DNA of 64,000 bases from Antedon mediterranea. Lineage: Eukaryota > Animalia > Echinodermata. The notes below the pieces were generated by a model. The model worked only from the letters and a program-made list of their open reading frames with translations, was not told the DNA's origin and did no database searches. Positions within the stretch are counted from its first letter, which is position 1. The number at the start of each line of letters is the position of its first letter. Positions 13,801-28,800 of the stretch are shown here, in pieces. The DNA is taken from contig NC_092678.1 of assembly GCF_964355755.1 (NCBI RefSeq), forward strand, positions 22,957,365-23,021,364. The letters are read 5' to 3'. A program made the translations under genes and the position numbers.

Positions 13801-16800
13801 CTATCAAAAAAGTTTGATGTGCCCATATATGGTAGTTTTATGCCTAAATATGGTAGTGCTATGTTTAAATATGGTGGTGATATTCCCAAATATGGTAGTG
13901 ATATGACATCATCATGTCCATATATGGGCACATCAAATTGTTTTGACACATAAAGTCTGATAGTGTAGACAAGGCTTTTCAATGTTCTTGCATGCAATAC
14001 TAGGTCAATATAATTAAAATATCTAACTTCATGTATACAACGTTTTATGTTGTAAAATTGATGCTAACAGTATAAAATGAATTTCTACAAATGCATCTAG
14101 TATTGTCATGAATTTATTAAATTATGTTCATCTAGTTATCGTATGATTTAAGAAATACAACATTACATTTTCAAAATTCTTTAGCATTTGCCTTTTTTCT
14201 TACACAACCATATTTTATTCTTTTTGTAAAGTTGGTCAGTAAAATTGACGATAAGTTTAGCGACATAGTGGAGAAGATTTTACTTGCCAAAGATTACCGT
14301 TTCAAGACATGCAAAACAAAGACATCACGACCAGATGCATTCTTTAGTCTGCTTTGGCCTTTGCTTTTAGGTGGTATGGTTCCAATGAGCTTTGGTAAGT
14401 CAACATTGTTTTGTAACTATTCTTTTTTTTTTATTTCATACGCATCCAACAGTGGGTGACTTGCCAATTACAGGATGGATAAACTATTTAATACTTTATC
14501 ATGCTTATTTGAGGCTTAGGGAGTGGAGTTGAAAGAGTCGTGAGTTACAACCCTGGCACTAGGTCAGGATTGAACCCCGGACCTTAGGATTGGAAGGCAA
14601 GCACGTTAACCACCAAGCTACAGCTCCATAATCTCCCATGTAATATAATGCATAGAATTATGACCTACTTACATCTAAGCTCGGGTATCCTCAGTTCTAG
14701 ACTAGTTGAAAAGCAATTGAAATACTAAAATTGTGCGTCCTGTATTCTGCCAAAACAACGATAAAATAAGATTTACATTTTTTTTAGAATCAGTGACTTA
14801 TACATAGCTTGCCTATACATAGTGTTTGTGTTTTTTTGCTTCAGGTTTTTCATCATATGGATATGTTGAACCAGGTATATGTGTCGATATGAACGTCAAC
14901 AAGTTTAGAGCTTCTGTAAGTACATTTATATACTGTATCACTTGTGCCCATGAAAATTGACAGCTCTGGACCTACGAATATTCTGATGTGGTATAAAGAC
15001 ATTGCTTACTTGATCTCTTAGCTTTAAACCTTTGTGAGAGGCGTGGGTTTGAGACCTGTTTGTGTCATATTGCTTGTATACTTGTGCAAGAACCTTTACT
15101 CTCATAGTCTTTCGGATGGGACGTAAAGCTGTTGGTCCTGTGTACAGAGAATGCACTGTAAAGAACTTGTAGTACACTAATCGAAAAGAATAGTCTTCTG
15201 GTATAGTCATATAATAATATGATACTGTGGCTACTGTGTGTTAATAGAGGACCTAAAGCTCTGTCTACACTATCAAACTAGTTTGACAAAAAAAAGTGTG
15301 ATGTGCCCAAATATAGTATTCATATGTTCAAATATGGTAGTGATATGACATCATTTTTTGTCGCATAAAGTTTGATAGTGTAGACTGAGTTTAATACAAA
15401 TTTTCTCAGTGTCCTGTTTAACTAATCCCAGACTACTTTGTGTCAAGAAATGTTTTGAAATAAAAGTTTGCTGGGAAATTTTTGTTTAAAAACTACTTTT
15501 TTAACTTGCTTACATTTGTCTGTTTTTTAAATGATTTGTGACTGGTACGTTATTTTATTTATAGGTCTATTGTTTATACTACCCTTTTAGAATTAAAAAA
15601 AAATGTGATGTGCCCAAATATGGGAGTGATATGCCCAAATATGGTAGTGATATGACATCAACATTTCCATATATGGGAACATCACATAAAGTTGATAGTG
15701 TAAACAGAGCTTTATTTATTTAAAGGCTGAATTGATTGTATCTGGTGGATCAAGATCGATTGGCTCAATATCAGTTGGCTTTGGTCTGTATGCCTCAATG
15801 GCGTTGATAGGAGATATCTTAAATGTTCGTCTACCAATCGGTATTGAAATTCAGTTCTTCAGAGCACCACAGCGAAGGTAATATTTGTAAAATATAGAGA
15901 TCTAATTGTAGAATAGCAAGCAATCTGATTTGCAACTACACCAATGTCATTAATCAGTTCTGTTAAATGCGCTTTAGGAACATTATAAAGATTTCATTGA
16001 CAGAAGGAGATGGTAATTTATACATTAGATTAATCTGAGCACAAGCCCAGTATAAACAAATAATAATAAATTCATTATCGGGACTGTTTATTTAATATTC
16101 ATCCATCATCTACCATCCTGAAAAGTTTAGTTAAAATATAGGATATGTATGGCTACCGGTGTGTGCAAACTGTTCGTGGTACTATAGTTTTGACACTATA
16201 CCAAATTGTTTTAATTTTTTTTATTCAAGTTGTTTATATTATTAATTTTCTGGTGAAATTGTTTCTCTTTATGTTTTTTGTATATTTTGATTGTTGGGTC
16301 ACATGGAATGCAATAGTCTGCACTATTCTCTTGACGTTATATTAATTCATCGTAGTAGATTAGTTTTATTCATTTTAAACACAGCTAAATATATTCATGT
16401 CATCGAATGTTGGTCACATGGTGTGCAATATTCTGTACTATTGCATGCTCTTGAAGTTATATTAATTCATCATAGTAGATGAGTTTTATGCATTCTCATT
16501 CTTCTAGATTGTACGTTGATATTGAACTTATTCCCCTGACACTTAAGCTGGACACTTATATTGAAATGGGATTCAGACGATTTAAAGTAAAAATCTTTAA
16601 GGCCAACCTCTGGCAGTACCAAACCGCATCTCACAGAGGAACTCTTTGGGATAAGGTTACGAAAAAGGAAACAAAAGAAAGGCCTTTTATTGACAAGGTA
16701 AAGCCCTGTCTAGACTATCAAACTAGTGATGTGCCCAAATATGGTAGTGATATGCTTAAATATGGTAGTGATTGTGTCCATATATGGGCACATCACATTT

Positions 16801-19800
16801 TTTTTCCACAATAGTGGGGTTCACATGGAACTATGTCTAGAAGAAGTGGATTCAAATAGAAATAATGTGCAAGGTTGAATAAATAATAAGGAAATATTTG
16901 GCACTGGTTTCTATCAAAAGGGAGATGTAATTGTTTGTAGCTACTGTGTGGTAGCTTTGTGTCAGAGTAATTTGTTCAGTTGTTTGCCTGTTGGTGCAGT
17001 ACCTGCTGCTTATTTGGACTTGAATCTAACCCCTAGTGCAAGCTCGGTGGTCTAGAGGTATGAACACCAGGCTAGAGATCTAGAGGGCGTGGGTTTGAGC
17101 CCCACCCAAAAATTACTTGCAAATTTTACTTGGTATAAAGTACAAATTCACACAGCAATCATGTTTATAAAAAGTCAGAATCCAATTTAATGATAAAAAT
17201 CTGATTTAAAATGAAGTGTGACAGACCTAGAAATGGTTGTGTAAAAATTAAATAATGTGAGTTGGCAGAGATAGTATAGTACAGTATAATAGTCCCAGTG
17301 AGACTGTGGGTACAGGATTTGGTGAAAACTATTTGGTGGAAGTATACTCATGTGGCATTAACAATTTTGTGTCAAAATGGGATGGCATGGGGTTATATTC
17401 ATTCATATACTGTAATTTATTTTATGTGTCTGATAAATGTTCTCTAAAGGTGTTCAGTAGAAACGACCAAGATTCAGCTGATGTAGCTATAGCGTCATCT
17501 CAAGCAGAGTCTACAGGCTGTGTTGTGAAACAGGTTATTGGTCGTGACCACACTGATCCCGCATTTGAACTGGTGTTCCTTGCGCATGACAGTCTCAGTG
17601 AACTGGTTTACACGTTGGATATTGGAACGGTTCCTGGAGGAAATGATGTTGTGTCAGATATGAAGCTTGGAGGCACTGTGACAACTGCAAATATAGTAAG
17701 ATTATTTTTTAAGATAATTTTTAGTTTGATGATTTACAGTTAGAATGATCAGAGAAGAGTGACTTATTGACTAGATGACTATAACAACAACACTAATACC
17801 CTTTTCACATCTGCATAAATTGTTACAACTTGTAACCAGGTTTGATCTCCCGATTTATTACTTGTTTTCATACACGCATATAACCCTGAGAAATCTCTGA
17901 AGGAAAGCGTAGTTGCACGCTATTTGATTACTATGATTGGTCAGTTTAATACCAGGGCAATACATGAACGCGCGCAGTAACTCGAAACATCTCGGAACAA
18001 AAACAGGCTTCTCATCAGTGTATAAAATTGTATTCACACTATGCAAACCTGGTTACAACTTGTTACATTTTGCAGTTACCAATTTTTTGAAGTTACCAAT
18101 TTTTCCATCAATATATGCGTCAATAAACACTTGCTGTTTTACATTATTTCACATTCAAAGAGCATATGCATTTATATTACATTTTAATGTTACTTAATTA
18201 CAGGACATGACGGGTGGAGTACCATTACATTTTACTGTGAAAGTTACAAATAACGAAGGTTTAGAATCAACAACATCTTGTAGCATTCATACCTATGATG
18301 TCACTCTGCCTGCCGGTCGACTGACTCCTGGGTTTTTATCTACAAGTCGTCCAGATATTCTTCGCTGTTCTACGTTGGTGTTTGACGATTCGGAAACTAC
18401 AAGTTTGAAAGAGGCCGTTGGATTTGGTCCTGGAGAATGGGGAGAGCAGCTTGTGGGTTGGGATGAACCTGATGTCACATGGGTCGAAGCTGATGCTGGT
18501 AAATACATAACTAATACGTGTAATCATTATTAATAACGTGTCTTGATTCTAATATATATAGGTTTGGAAATTTTAATATTTAGTTTTAAAATTTTACAGC
18601 ATAATATTCAGTAAATCTGAATCTAATAATTACAACAATTAAATCAAGTAAGATTAAAAGCACACACGCTTGGTAAAATACCGTCATACAAGTTAGAACA
18701 GGTTGACTCTTTATTATAACATTTTAACATTAATGTGATTTTAAATTTTTTCATTCTAATTTAGCCAACCAGTTTCCAAATTTGGAGTATTTCTCAATCC
18801 CCCAACTTGGTCGCCTGGTTTCACCTCCAGTTGATTCCGTCACCAAGCAGTACCCAGATGCATGTGCCGCAGAATGTCTCAAACTGCCAACCACAAAATG
18901 TAGAAGTTTTAATTACAATATGAGAGATGGAAAGTGTGAACTATTGGAAGAATTGGAAGGTGATGGTGTGGTGCTGCATCACGTAAGTTGAATTAATATT
19001 TCTAGGAAATATACATCTGTAATTAGGTGTCGATTATATACAGGCAGACCCATCTCAACACTTTCTCTTGTTATGCCTTCTGTCATTTTCCATTGTTATT
19101 AATAAAAGTTGGTAGTAGTATTTTTAATAATTGTAAGAAGCCTTTCCTGTAGGAGTGCTTATGTAGGCTTGTATGTGTTCAAACCATTGCAAGGTTTCTA
19201 AACAATTGTAGACATTTTGGAATTGAGTAATTATGCTAATGATACCAAAAGTAATATGTTCTTATATTATTATAGTATGGCGATTTCTATCACTATGAGC
19301 GTCTAGGGCTAGGCCTAGCCACCGACTACACCCACAATGGGCTAGACATGAAGCACAACAACCTGCATTACTTTAACATAGAGGCAGTCAACTCATTAGG
19401 CTACAAGAACATCTTGACTTCTCTTCCAATTCTGACTGACTTTACTACACCAGAACCAGGTCCCATTCAAAACAAACAGCTTGATGTGACGTCACATGGA
19501 ACTTGCATCCTGTTGACGCCAGAAGAATGGGAAGGCAGATGTGTGGAGGAAACGTTCCTATCAAACAATCGGTAATGTTTTTAAACACTACAAAATTTGT
19601 AAACTTTTTTATATGCTTATTTTATTTCTAACATTGTTTATATGTAAGTGCCAAATGAAATCAACTTGTATAAAGCATCACAAAAGTATACACTGTTCTT
19701 GCATAGAGTAGTTAGCTGTAGCTATCACAATGCTATTTAGCATGTAAGCATGTGCGGTATGCTATCACAATGCTGTTTAGCATGTAAGCATGTGCGGTAT

Positions 19801-22800
19801 GCTATCACAATGCTGTTTAGCATGTAAGCATGTGCGGTATGCTATCACAATGCTGTTTAGCATGTAAGCATGTGCGGTATGCTATCACAATGCTGTTTAG
19901 CATGTAAGCATGTGCGGTATGCTATCACAATGCTGTTTAGCCTGTAAGCATGTGCGGTATGCTATGTTCTACCAAGGCAATCTAACAACAGGACACTAAG
20001 CGTGCCATGCCAAGATAGGAACTTGTAACAGTCCTTAGATCTTCTGTCTGGCTGCAACAAATATACCAACAGTGCTGTACTATGTACACACTCTCTGTGG
20101 TGCTCTGTGTTTGTTAAGGGGCGTGGAACTGATCATGTCGCAGCCACAGATAAACCCTTTGATCTCTAGAGCTCAGCATCCTGTGCTGTACAGTGCATTC
20201 TTACTGTATAACAGTGACAAATCATACTTACAGATAGGATATTGATATATTAATGTGTGTTTTTGCCTCTTATAGGACAATCATTGATGGCAAAGGCTCA
20301 ATGACTGTGTTCAATGGTCATACACCACTTGTTGATGAAAGATGGACTAGAGCTAATAGGTATATTGCATGTAAGTCACCCAAATTCATTATAGTAACTA
20401 AAACTAAAAGCAACAAGCTGATGTTTTTACTACTAATGTGAAAACTAACAAGGCCATATACATGGCTGCAGTCGCGTGCTCAAATTTGAGTTAGTGTTTA
20501 CCTACCGACCAACATAGTGAGCTGTAGAGTCGCGTTTAAACGTGACTAAAAAGCAACTCAATTTCTAAAGACCTAATTGTTGTAGGGAATTTTGAAATCT
20601 TTTTGAAAAGTCCCTAAAAATATAATAAATACAAAATTCATACACAGCTGCCTTGTATGTGCTCATGAAATAATATTTTCAACAAGTACTGTAATTTCAG
20701 TATCCATAAAAACTCATAATCCTCATCGATAAACCATGTCGAGTTGAGTGGCCAAGCGTTTAAGACAGGAGCGGCGCAAACCATAGCTATACAATGGGGC
20801 ACAGGTTGAAGTCACTCTTCGACTATTGTTCTGGTGGTAGAACATCTTCTTGGATAAGTACTTAAAACTGAAGGTCCAGTGTCCACATCTGGCTTGTGTG
20901 AACCTGGTTCATCTTTCGGAGGAGTAGAAGGTTACCCCGCCGGCCCACCCCAGTGCACTGGTCCATTCAGCCACTTAGATGGCAGTACTGGACACAAAGT
21001 CAGCCTGCAAGTCACAGGTTATTACCCCACATTTATATATTACCGTACTGACGCGGGTATAAGCCCACCCCCCTCGAACATGAAATCACGTCAAGTTTGG
21101 GGGGTGGGCTTATACCCGAGGATCCAAAAATGCAGATCGTCAAAAACAGCACGAACACTGTGTATTCCACCATGCGAGCGAGCGCCCTCACGTGTACGAC
21201 GTTGCCTCTAAACTAAATACACGAGGTGTAGAGTGTCGGAAAATTAAGTTTATAGTTCGTGTAATTTATCGTAGAATATCTTATTTTAAACATCAATTTA
21301 ACACGAATTTATCAAGCAGAAAAGCAAGTATACAATGTTCGTTACATAGAAATGTACCAAAGAAATTTAATAAGCTTGTTTATGGCAGCCGATACCAAAT
21401 AGTGGTTTTCCGTTTTGGCGACTTGTAGCGTCGTGTGTGAAGCGATCTTCGACCGCGATGGAGTGTAAACAAAACAGGACCGCTAGGCCTCATATGGCCT
21501 AGCGTATATTAGCCTAGCTTGGTTATGATCAAAGGTAGGTGTATTCGGTGTATGGACGTCGCCAAATACAAAATAATGTATTACGACACACACTGTAGAT
21601 CTTCGAATTAATGGGTGGGCTTATACCCGAGTGCCTCATTTTTCTTGAAAATTAGTCAAAAGTCGGGGGTGGGCTTATACCCGAGTATGGGCTTATACCC
21701 GCGTCAGTACGGTAATAAATAAATCTAACTGTCATTTCAGCAAATTGGGATGGAATCCATGATGATGAAACAGGAATATTTGGGTACACGTGGTCAATTG
21801 GTCATTACCCCTGTGATGACATCATACATCATCATCATGATCCTCATGCTCACCTGTTCGACGAATCAGAATGGACACATATTGGACTAGTCAATGGCCT
21901 CATGCTACCAGGTGAATAAAACATTTTTACATATCTATGATTTTATATGAATGTATACTATATATTTGTATAACTGTTGTACATAAATTTTAAATGTTGT
22001 TTTATATACTGTATTGTTGCCTGAGGGAAAACATATTTCAATTTATTATAATTTGACAATAAAGTAGTTATGAATCTTGAATTTACTAATAATTAACACA
22101 TACATTTTCCAAATAAAATAGTTTAATAGATATTTAAGAGATATTGTATTTATTTTTCCTGTTATATATTATATAATTCAAAGCACAGGAGGAAATTAAC
22201 AGTTTCTAATACTGTACTGATTTTTAGATTAACTACAGGACTATTTTTATAGATAAATATTAATGATACTTTATTAATTAATGTTTCTTAATTATTTCAG
22301 ATTATGATTATTACATCACAGTGAGAGGACTAAATAAAGTTGAATTTGGTGGTCCACTCTCATTGACCGTTTGCCATTCCATTCCTCTTGTTATTGACAA
22401 CACGTTTCCGTTTGTTAACGATATATTTGACATTGAATACAATGAGGTGTTGGAAGAAGTATCAGTGTCATACAATGTAAGGTGTGTATTATGTAACTGC
22501 ATGAAAAAGGTTTTAAAAATAAAATCATCAACATTTTTTTAAAGAGAATTTATACTTAAAGATATATTTCCCCTTGAAAAAATATATTTTTAAAATGTTT
22601 TTGTTGACAATGCCATTTGACTTATTTGCCCTCCAGCAACACATCTTTTTTGTATATATATATGTGTGTTTATTGTTACTTAATTATCATATTCATTTTG
22701 TGTGGAAAATCAATAAAAACAAAAAAACAAAAAAAACTGTCACATATTATTATTATTCCCTTTATTGTTATACTAGATAAAAACTGTAATTTACGCAAAC

Positions 22801-25800
22801 AATAAGTCAGTGAGTTTTTGGTTGAAATTAACTGTTTATTTTTTTTTTTTATAGGTGAAAAATTTTTTTATAGTTTTTTTTTCTGTAGAAGTGATCAATT
22901 TTATTACAAAATTCAAAGCCTTTTTTTATTTTTCTTCATTTTTCATGTTTTTGGGGGACAATATATCTTTAAAATGTCTTTTTGTAATGTCAACAAACCC
23001 TTGTTTATTTTGGGTTTTTTTACTCCTATTTAATTCTGATGTTTACTTATTTTGTTTTTATTGACCCTTAATTCTGGTAATTACATTTATTTTGTTTTTG
23101 AGACCCATTTCTAAAATTTAAATTTATATTGTGTCTTACCTTAATTTTCAAATTTAAATTGATTTTGTTTTTAGTGACCCCATTTTCTGAAATTTAAATT
23201 TATTTTGTTTTTATTGACCTTTATTTCTGACATTTACATTTTTTTTATTGACCCTTTCTAAAATTTGTATTTTGTTTTACCATAATTCTAAAATTTAAAT
23301 TTGTTTTGTTTTTATTGACCCCAATTAAAAATGTCAATTTATTTTTGTTTTTAGTGATCCTAATTCTAAGATATTTGTTTTGTTTTTAGTGACCTTAATT
23401 CTGAGATATTTGTTTTGTTTGTAGTGACCCTAATTCTAAGATATTTGTTTTGTTTTTAGTGACCCTAATTCAGAGATATTTGTTTTGTTTTTAGTGACCA
23501 TAATTCTGAGATATTTGTTTTATTTTAAGCATGGAGAAATAGTCTCCATGTTTTAAGTGACCCAAATTCAGAGATATTTGTTTTGTTTTTAGTGACCTTA
23601 ATTCTGAGATATTTGTTTTATTTTAAGCATGGAGAAATAGTCTCCATGTTTTAAGTGACCCAAATTCTAAGATATTTGTTTTGTTTTTAGTGACCTTAAT
23701 TCTGAGATATTTGTTTTATTTTAAGCATGGAGAAATAGTCTCCATGTTTTAAGTGACCCAAATTCTAAGATATTTGTTTTGTTTTTAGTGACCTTAATTC
23801 TGAGATTTTATTATATTTTGTTATTAGTGACCATAATTATTATATTTACATTTATTTTGTTTTTAGTGACCCTAATTCAGAGATATATGCTGTTGATATT
23901 GGGATAGGAGAGGGAAAATACGATGTTTACCTTAAAGAATGGGAGAGATACTTTGACCACAACACTTCTGTAGTTCCATACAAACTTATTGACGGTGTGC
24001 CAGCCTGGATGCAGATAAGAGCCATAAACAACGGTAATTTGTTTATATATTTGTTTCTAATTACTAATTTAATTGTATACAAAATAAGTAATAATCATTA
24101 ACCATTACTATTACAGTCAGACTGCTTTTAGGTTCTTTATATACAAATTGTTTCCCGACACTAAGTATCATTTCAAGGTTGTGTTTGAAGCAAGGAGAAG
24201 TGGAATAAATATTTTACATCTCCCTCGTTTGAAGAGTATAAAACTGTGCAATTATTTCTTATTTTTATTCATTTGTTTTTCTTTCTGATTTCAGTTGATC
24301 TTCGTTTAGTGGACCACGCTAACTCACCATTGATTGTTGACTTCAGTCCTCCTGTTCAAGGTCAGTTCAGGGATGGCTTTGACCTGGGTGTGGACAGTGA
24401 TTATGAGTATGATGTGACAAAGGTATGCATGCGATTTTTATGTTTTCTTTTCTGTCTCAATTTCTATTTTAAGGGATTTGGGACAATCTGCTGATTGTTG
24501 TCGGTGCTATATAAATTTGATATAGATTCATGGTCTAATGGTTAGAACATCTGCATATCAGAAAGTCCGGGTTCGAATCTCGGTTGGGGCGAACAGAAAA
24601 CACAATTTTATTTAAAGAAAATTGCATTTATTGTTCAGTACTGTGCCAACTGGTTAGATTTTGCTGATGAAGAATCTGGGATTGCTGGTTATTCGTTGGG
24701 ATTAGGATCATCTCCCGGATCAACAGATGTTGTCGACTTTATCTCTCTCAAAAGCCATGACTACAAGTACTGTTTCTCTGGCCTGAATCTTCAACATGGT
24801 GTGAAGTATTATGGGGTTCTAGCAGCGTTTAATGGTGGACACAAGCACCTCAACACAACTGTTTCATCTGATGGAGGTACTGTTGTGTATTATATAAGTT
24901 ACATAATATACATTTTTTACAGTATTGTGAACAGAGAATATAGAATAAAACAGTTGCATTGTCAATAATTTTCAATCTTTAAGTGAATTTAAGAAAAAGA
25001 AAATGTTAAGCTAATCTTGTGGTCTGTAAATTGTTGGTATTTTCTGGAAGGCATGTCCATATATACTAATTAAATATAATTTCTTCTGTCACCAGTCTTG
25101 ATTGATGTGACCCCACCTGTGGAGGGACACCTTCTTGATGGTCTCTTACCTGACAACGAAGACCTTCAGTATTCGTCTGCTCCTGCTACAGTCTCTGGCC
25201 AATGGTATAACTTCACAGATCCTGAATCTGGTATTGATGATGTTATCGTTACTATATATGGCAGACATACTCTGAGGTACACTTATACAATAATCATTTG
25301 TATATACAGAACAGTCAACTCTCCCAATACCAGACTCTCTGAAAACCAAAATTGTCACAAAATCAGACTTTTCATGAGGTCCAAAAGGTCCCAAACTCTG
25401 TTTTCAGAATACCAGACTAGATACCCAGACTTGCCCAAGGTTGTCCGATATTGGAAAAGTTGACTATGCTTGGAATATATTAGCATTTTATTTTATTTGT
25501 TATTATTTTATCTCCGTAACCATTTTAATTACTTTTAATTTAGTGAGGAGTTCGCAGAATTTGAAATCATCCATGAATCTGAATCTGTTGAACCGAACGC
25601 TACGTTTTTTGAATGGCATCACTTCCACCTGAAAGATGGCGATGACGTGTTCATCGAACTAGACGTTGTCAACCAAGCTGGCCTCTCGGTAACGCAAAGG
25701 TCAGATGGTTTCAGAGTTGACCTTACACCACCGATCATGACATTTATCGGGGATGGAAGTACACCAGGAGAAGACATAGAATTTCAGGTTAGTTATGATT

Positions 25801-28800
25801 TATAGTTTTTATGTAGATGATGTGAATCAAGTTATTATGTTTGAACAAACTCGCATGCGAATGTCTGCATGTTTAATAAACATTTAGTATAGGCCGATAA
25901 TTGTTACCATAAAACTTTAAATGTTTCTCTGCCAGTACTACCCTGCAGACTAATGCAAGTCATGTTGAGAAATAAGAAGTAGTTGTAACAAGGTGCAGTA
26001 CTTTGAAACTCCAGAGATAAAGCTTAATACTCTTACTATATGCACGATTTTGTTTATTGTTTAATATGTTTATTTTTCTCAGTCGAATGACACATTGATA
26101 TCAGCAAACTGGAAATTCCACGACCCAGAGTCTGACATGAATCACTACAAATTCTCAGTTTCTGAAACCTACGGAGGAACCACACACCAAATATTTCCAA
26201 GTAAGTGAAATGATTTCAAGATGTCCAATTAACTTTGAACAAATAGTGCTATGGATGATTTCCTTCCCTCCTAAGGGTTCACTTTGTGTCTTAAATCTCT
26301 AACCAAACAGCGTTTATTCATCTCGCTCCAAGTGCTACAATGAGAGAGGCTGACATGTGCCAGTACACTGCAGTATACCCCTTCTCTAATGAATCTTGAC
26401 TTCATATTGTTTTGAGAAAATATGTATGCTTATTAGACGTTTACGTAACATTTTACTTTATTTCAGGTCCTCATTCTCACCCAGCATTTATAGAAGTGCC
26501 TCAATCCCAAGACGCTCATACAGAATATGATCTGACATTGAAAGAGGGCGGTCTGTACAACACCCGAATTTCAGGAGTAAATAACGCAGGTTTGACATCA
26601 CCACATGAGACCAATGGTGTCATCATAGATCCGTCTCCACCTTTGGTAAGCTGTTTTTGCATTTAGTTAAAATTCCTTAAGGATATCTACGAATACTTGT
26701 ATGGTTATGTTGATATTAGAAGTGTAATACTTCAAGGGACCAAAAATATTAGTTATCAATTTGTTAGTTTGTTAGTTATATTCAGTTTGTAAGTTTTTTA
26801 TCCAATTACATTTCAGCTGTCCAGCATCAAGGTTGGTGTCATGGATCCTGGAGAATCTGAAGAGTTTTTATTTGGATATGTTTGGCAAAGTGATCCAGAA
26901 GGAATCAGAGCTACGTGGAAAGCAGTGGATGCTGAGAGCGGTATTATATCCTATTGGGCTGCAATAGGAACTCAACCAGGTAACCAGAATAGATTAACTA
27001 TTATGAATTTTGAAATAGGGGGCTTTTGTTTTGGGGGTTACCAGAACTCATATGAACAGTCTAACAATGTACAGTAATTACTCTCTTTAGTACTTTAAAG
27101 TAACCTCTAATAATTGCAAATTATAAAGAAACCTCTAATAATTGCAAATTATTAGAGGTTGCTTTAATAATTGCAAATTATTGTAACAGTCTAAAAAGCT
27201 TAACTAGACGTACTTCAGTAGTCAAAGCAAATTCTCTAATAACTGCAAATTATTGTAACGGTCTAAAAGGCTTAACTGGAAAAAACTAATTCTCTCTTTT
27301 GTAGTTAAACCAAATTCTCTAATAACTGCAAATTATTGTAATGGTCTAAAAGGCTTAACTTGACAAACTGTTTCTCTCTTTTGTAGTTAAACCAAATTCT
27401 CTAATACTTACAAATGTTTGTAACGGTATAAAAGGCTTAACTGGACATACTTTTCTCTTAAGCAGTCAAACAAAATTCTCTAATAACTGCAAATTGTTAG
27501 AAAAATGTCATGTACTATTTTGTAGGTTCAAATGATGTACAGGATTTTACAAGTATGGGACCGGATGAATCTGCTTACATCAGTGGGCTAAATCTTACAC
27601 TCACTAATGCAAGCACATGTTCAGATTTTGAGTTCTTGGATTCCTGCCAGCCAGTTTACTACCTTACCGTCAAGGCAGAGAACGGGGCGCGATCTTTCAG
27701 CGAGCCAGCTATTTCGTCACCTATACGAGTTGTTGAAGCTGACAAAATTGGTAAGCATTATACTTTATCAATTCATTTTATTTTAGAAAATTGACAAGGT
27801 TCTGTATATTTACAAAATGTATTTATGACCAAATATTAGGTTGAATTTATTCCCAAAACTTTTATTGTGGTTAGTTGAACGTCAAAGTAGTATTTCCTCA
27901 GAGAGCAATGTTAATTGGTCAGGTGTTTTGCCCTACTCTTACTTAATTGAAGTTACTCAGTACATTGAGAACACTTGCGAAGAATTATCAAGTAACTCTC
28001 AGATGATACACAAATTAGTTTAATTTGTTTTAATCAGTGTTCTCATGTCTGAATACTGTAGGCGTACTTTGACTACCACATGCCTGAATGCTTGTCAGTA
28101 TATCGTACGAGAGTGATGTGACACTTTGTAATTGTTTTTGTTAGTTTTTCATTTATCTGTTTTTGTAATATATCTAGGAGCAAATATAATTCCTAAGTAT
28201 GTTTTATATGCAAATGACAATAAATGGAAGTAATTTTGCACTGATGAATATACATCTTATATTATTACCAGTAATGGTGTTATAATCAATATTGTAGGAA
28301 TGGTTTGGGATGGAACAGAAACTGAAATTGTTGATGGTGTATTAATCAAAGCTCATGACATTGACTCACAGATGCAAAAGACAGAACTGTTTGTAATGTT
28401 CCATGGATTTGAGGTAGGCCTAACAAATTATTCATATTATATTCTATATAAAGTATATATAACCGGTCTAACTGTGTAGAAATATTGTTAGCAATCTCCT
28501 TTCTACTTGTTTTTTTCCAGAGTCAACTTGATGGCCTTACGTCATTTGAATGGGCAGTTGGTACAGAGCCTCGTTTGGATAATATTCAACCATTTTCTGA
28601 TTTTGGACTTGTCCTCTACGAAGACCCAAACAAGGCAGGAACAGGTAATTTGCACATAGATTATTAAAACTATTTCTGACACTGTTTTAGTCCTACTACT
28701 CATTAGTAGGAAAGAAGTAATCATGATGTGTTTGTTTTATGCCAGGTCTCCCAGGTTCAGGACATGGTTACACTACCCTCACACTAGACCATGGTGTTAC

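Noticed and set aside
13746-13997. Short ORFs with KYGSDM-type repeats (also the end of 16479-16814)
   Set aside because: They are translations of MITE family A internal repeats.
20879-21428. ORFs of 110 aa and 78 aa as a transposase
   Set aside because: They span SINE and MITE sequence with no DDE or HTH motif.
24526-24595. Functional tRNA gene (also 17037-17110 and 14560-14628)
   Set aside because: A and B boxes are present, but I could not fold acceptor and anticodon arms; these fit SINE heads better.
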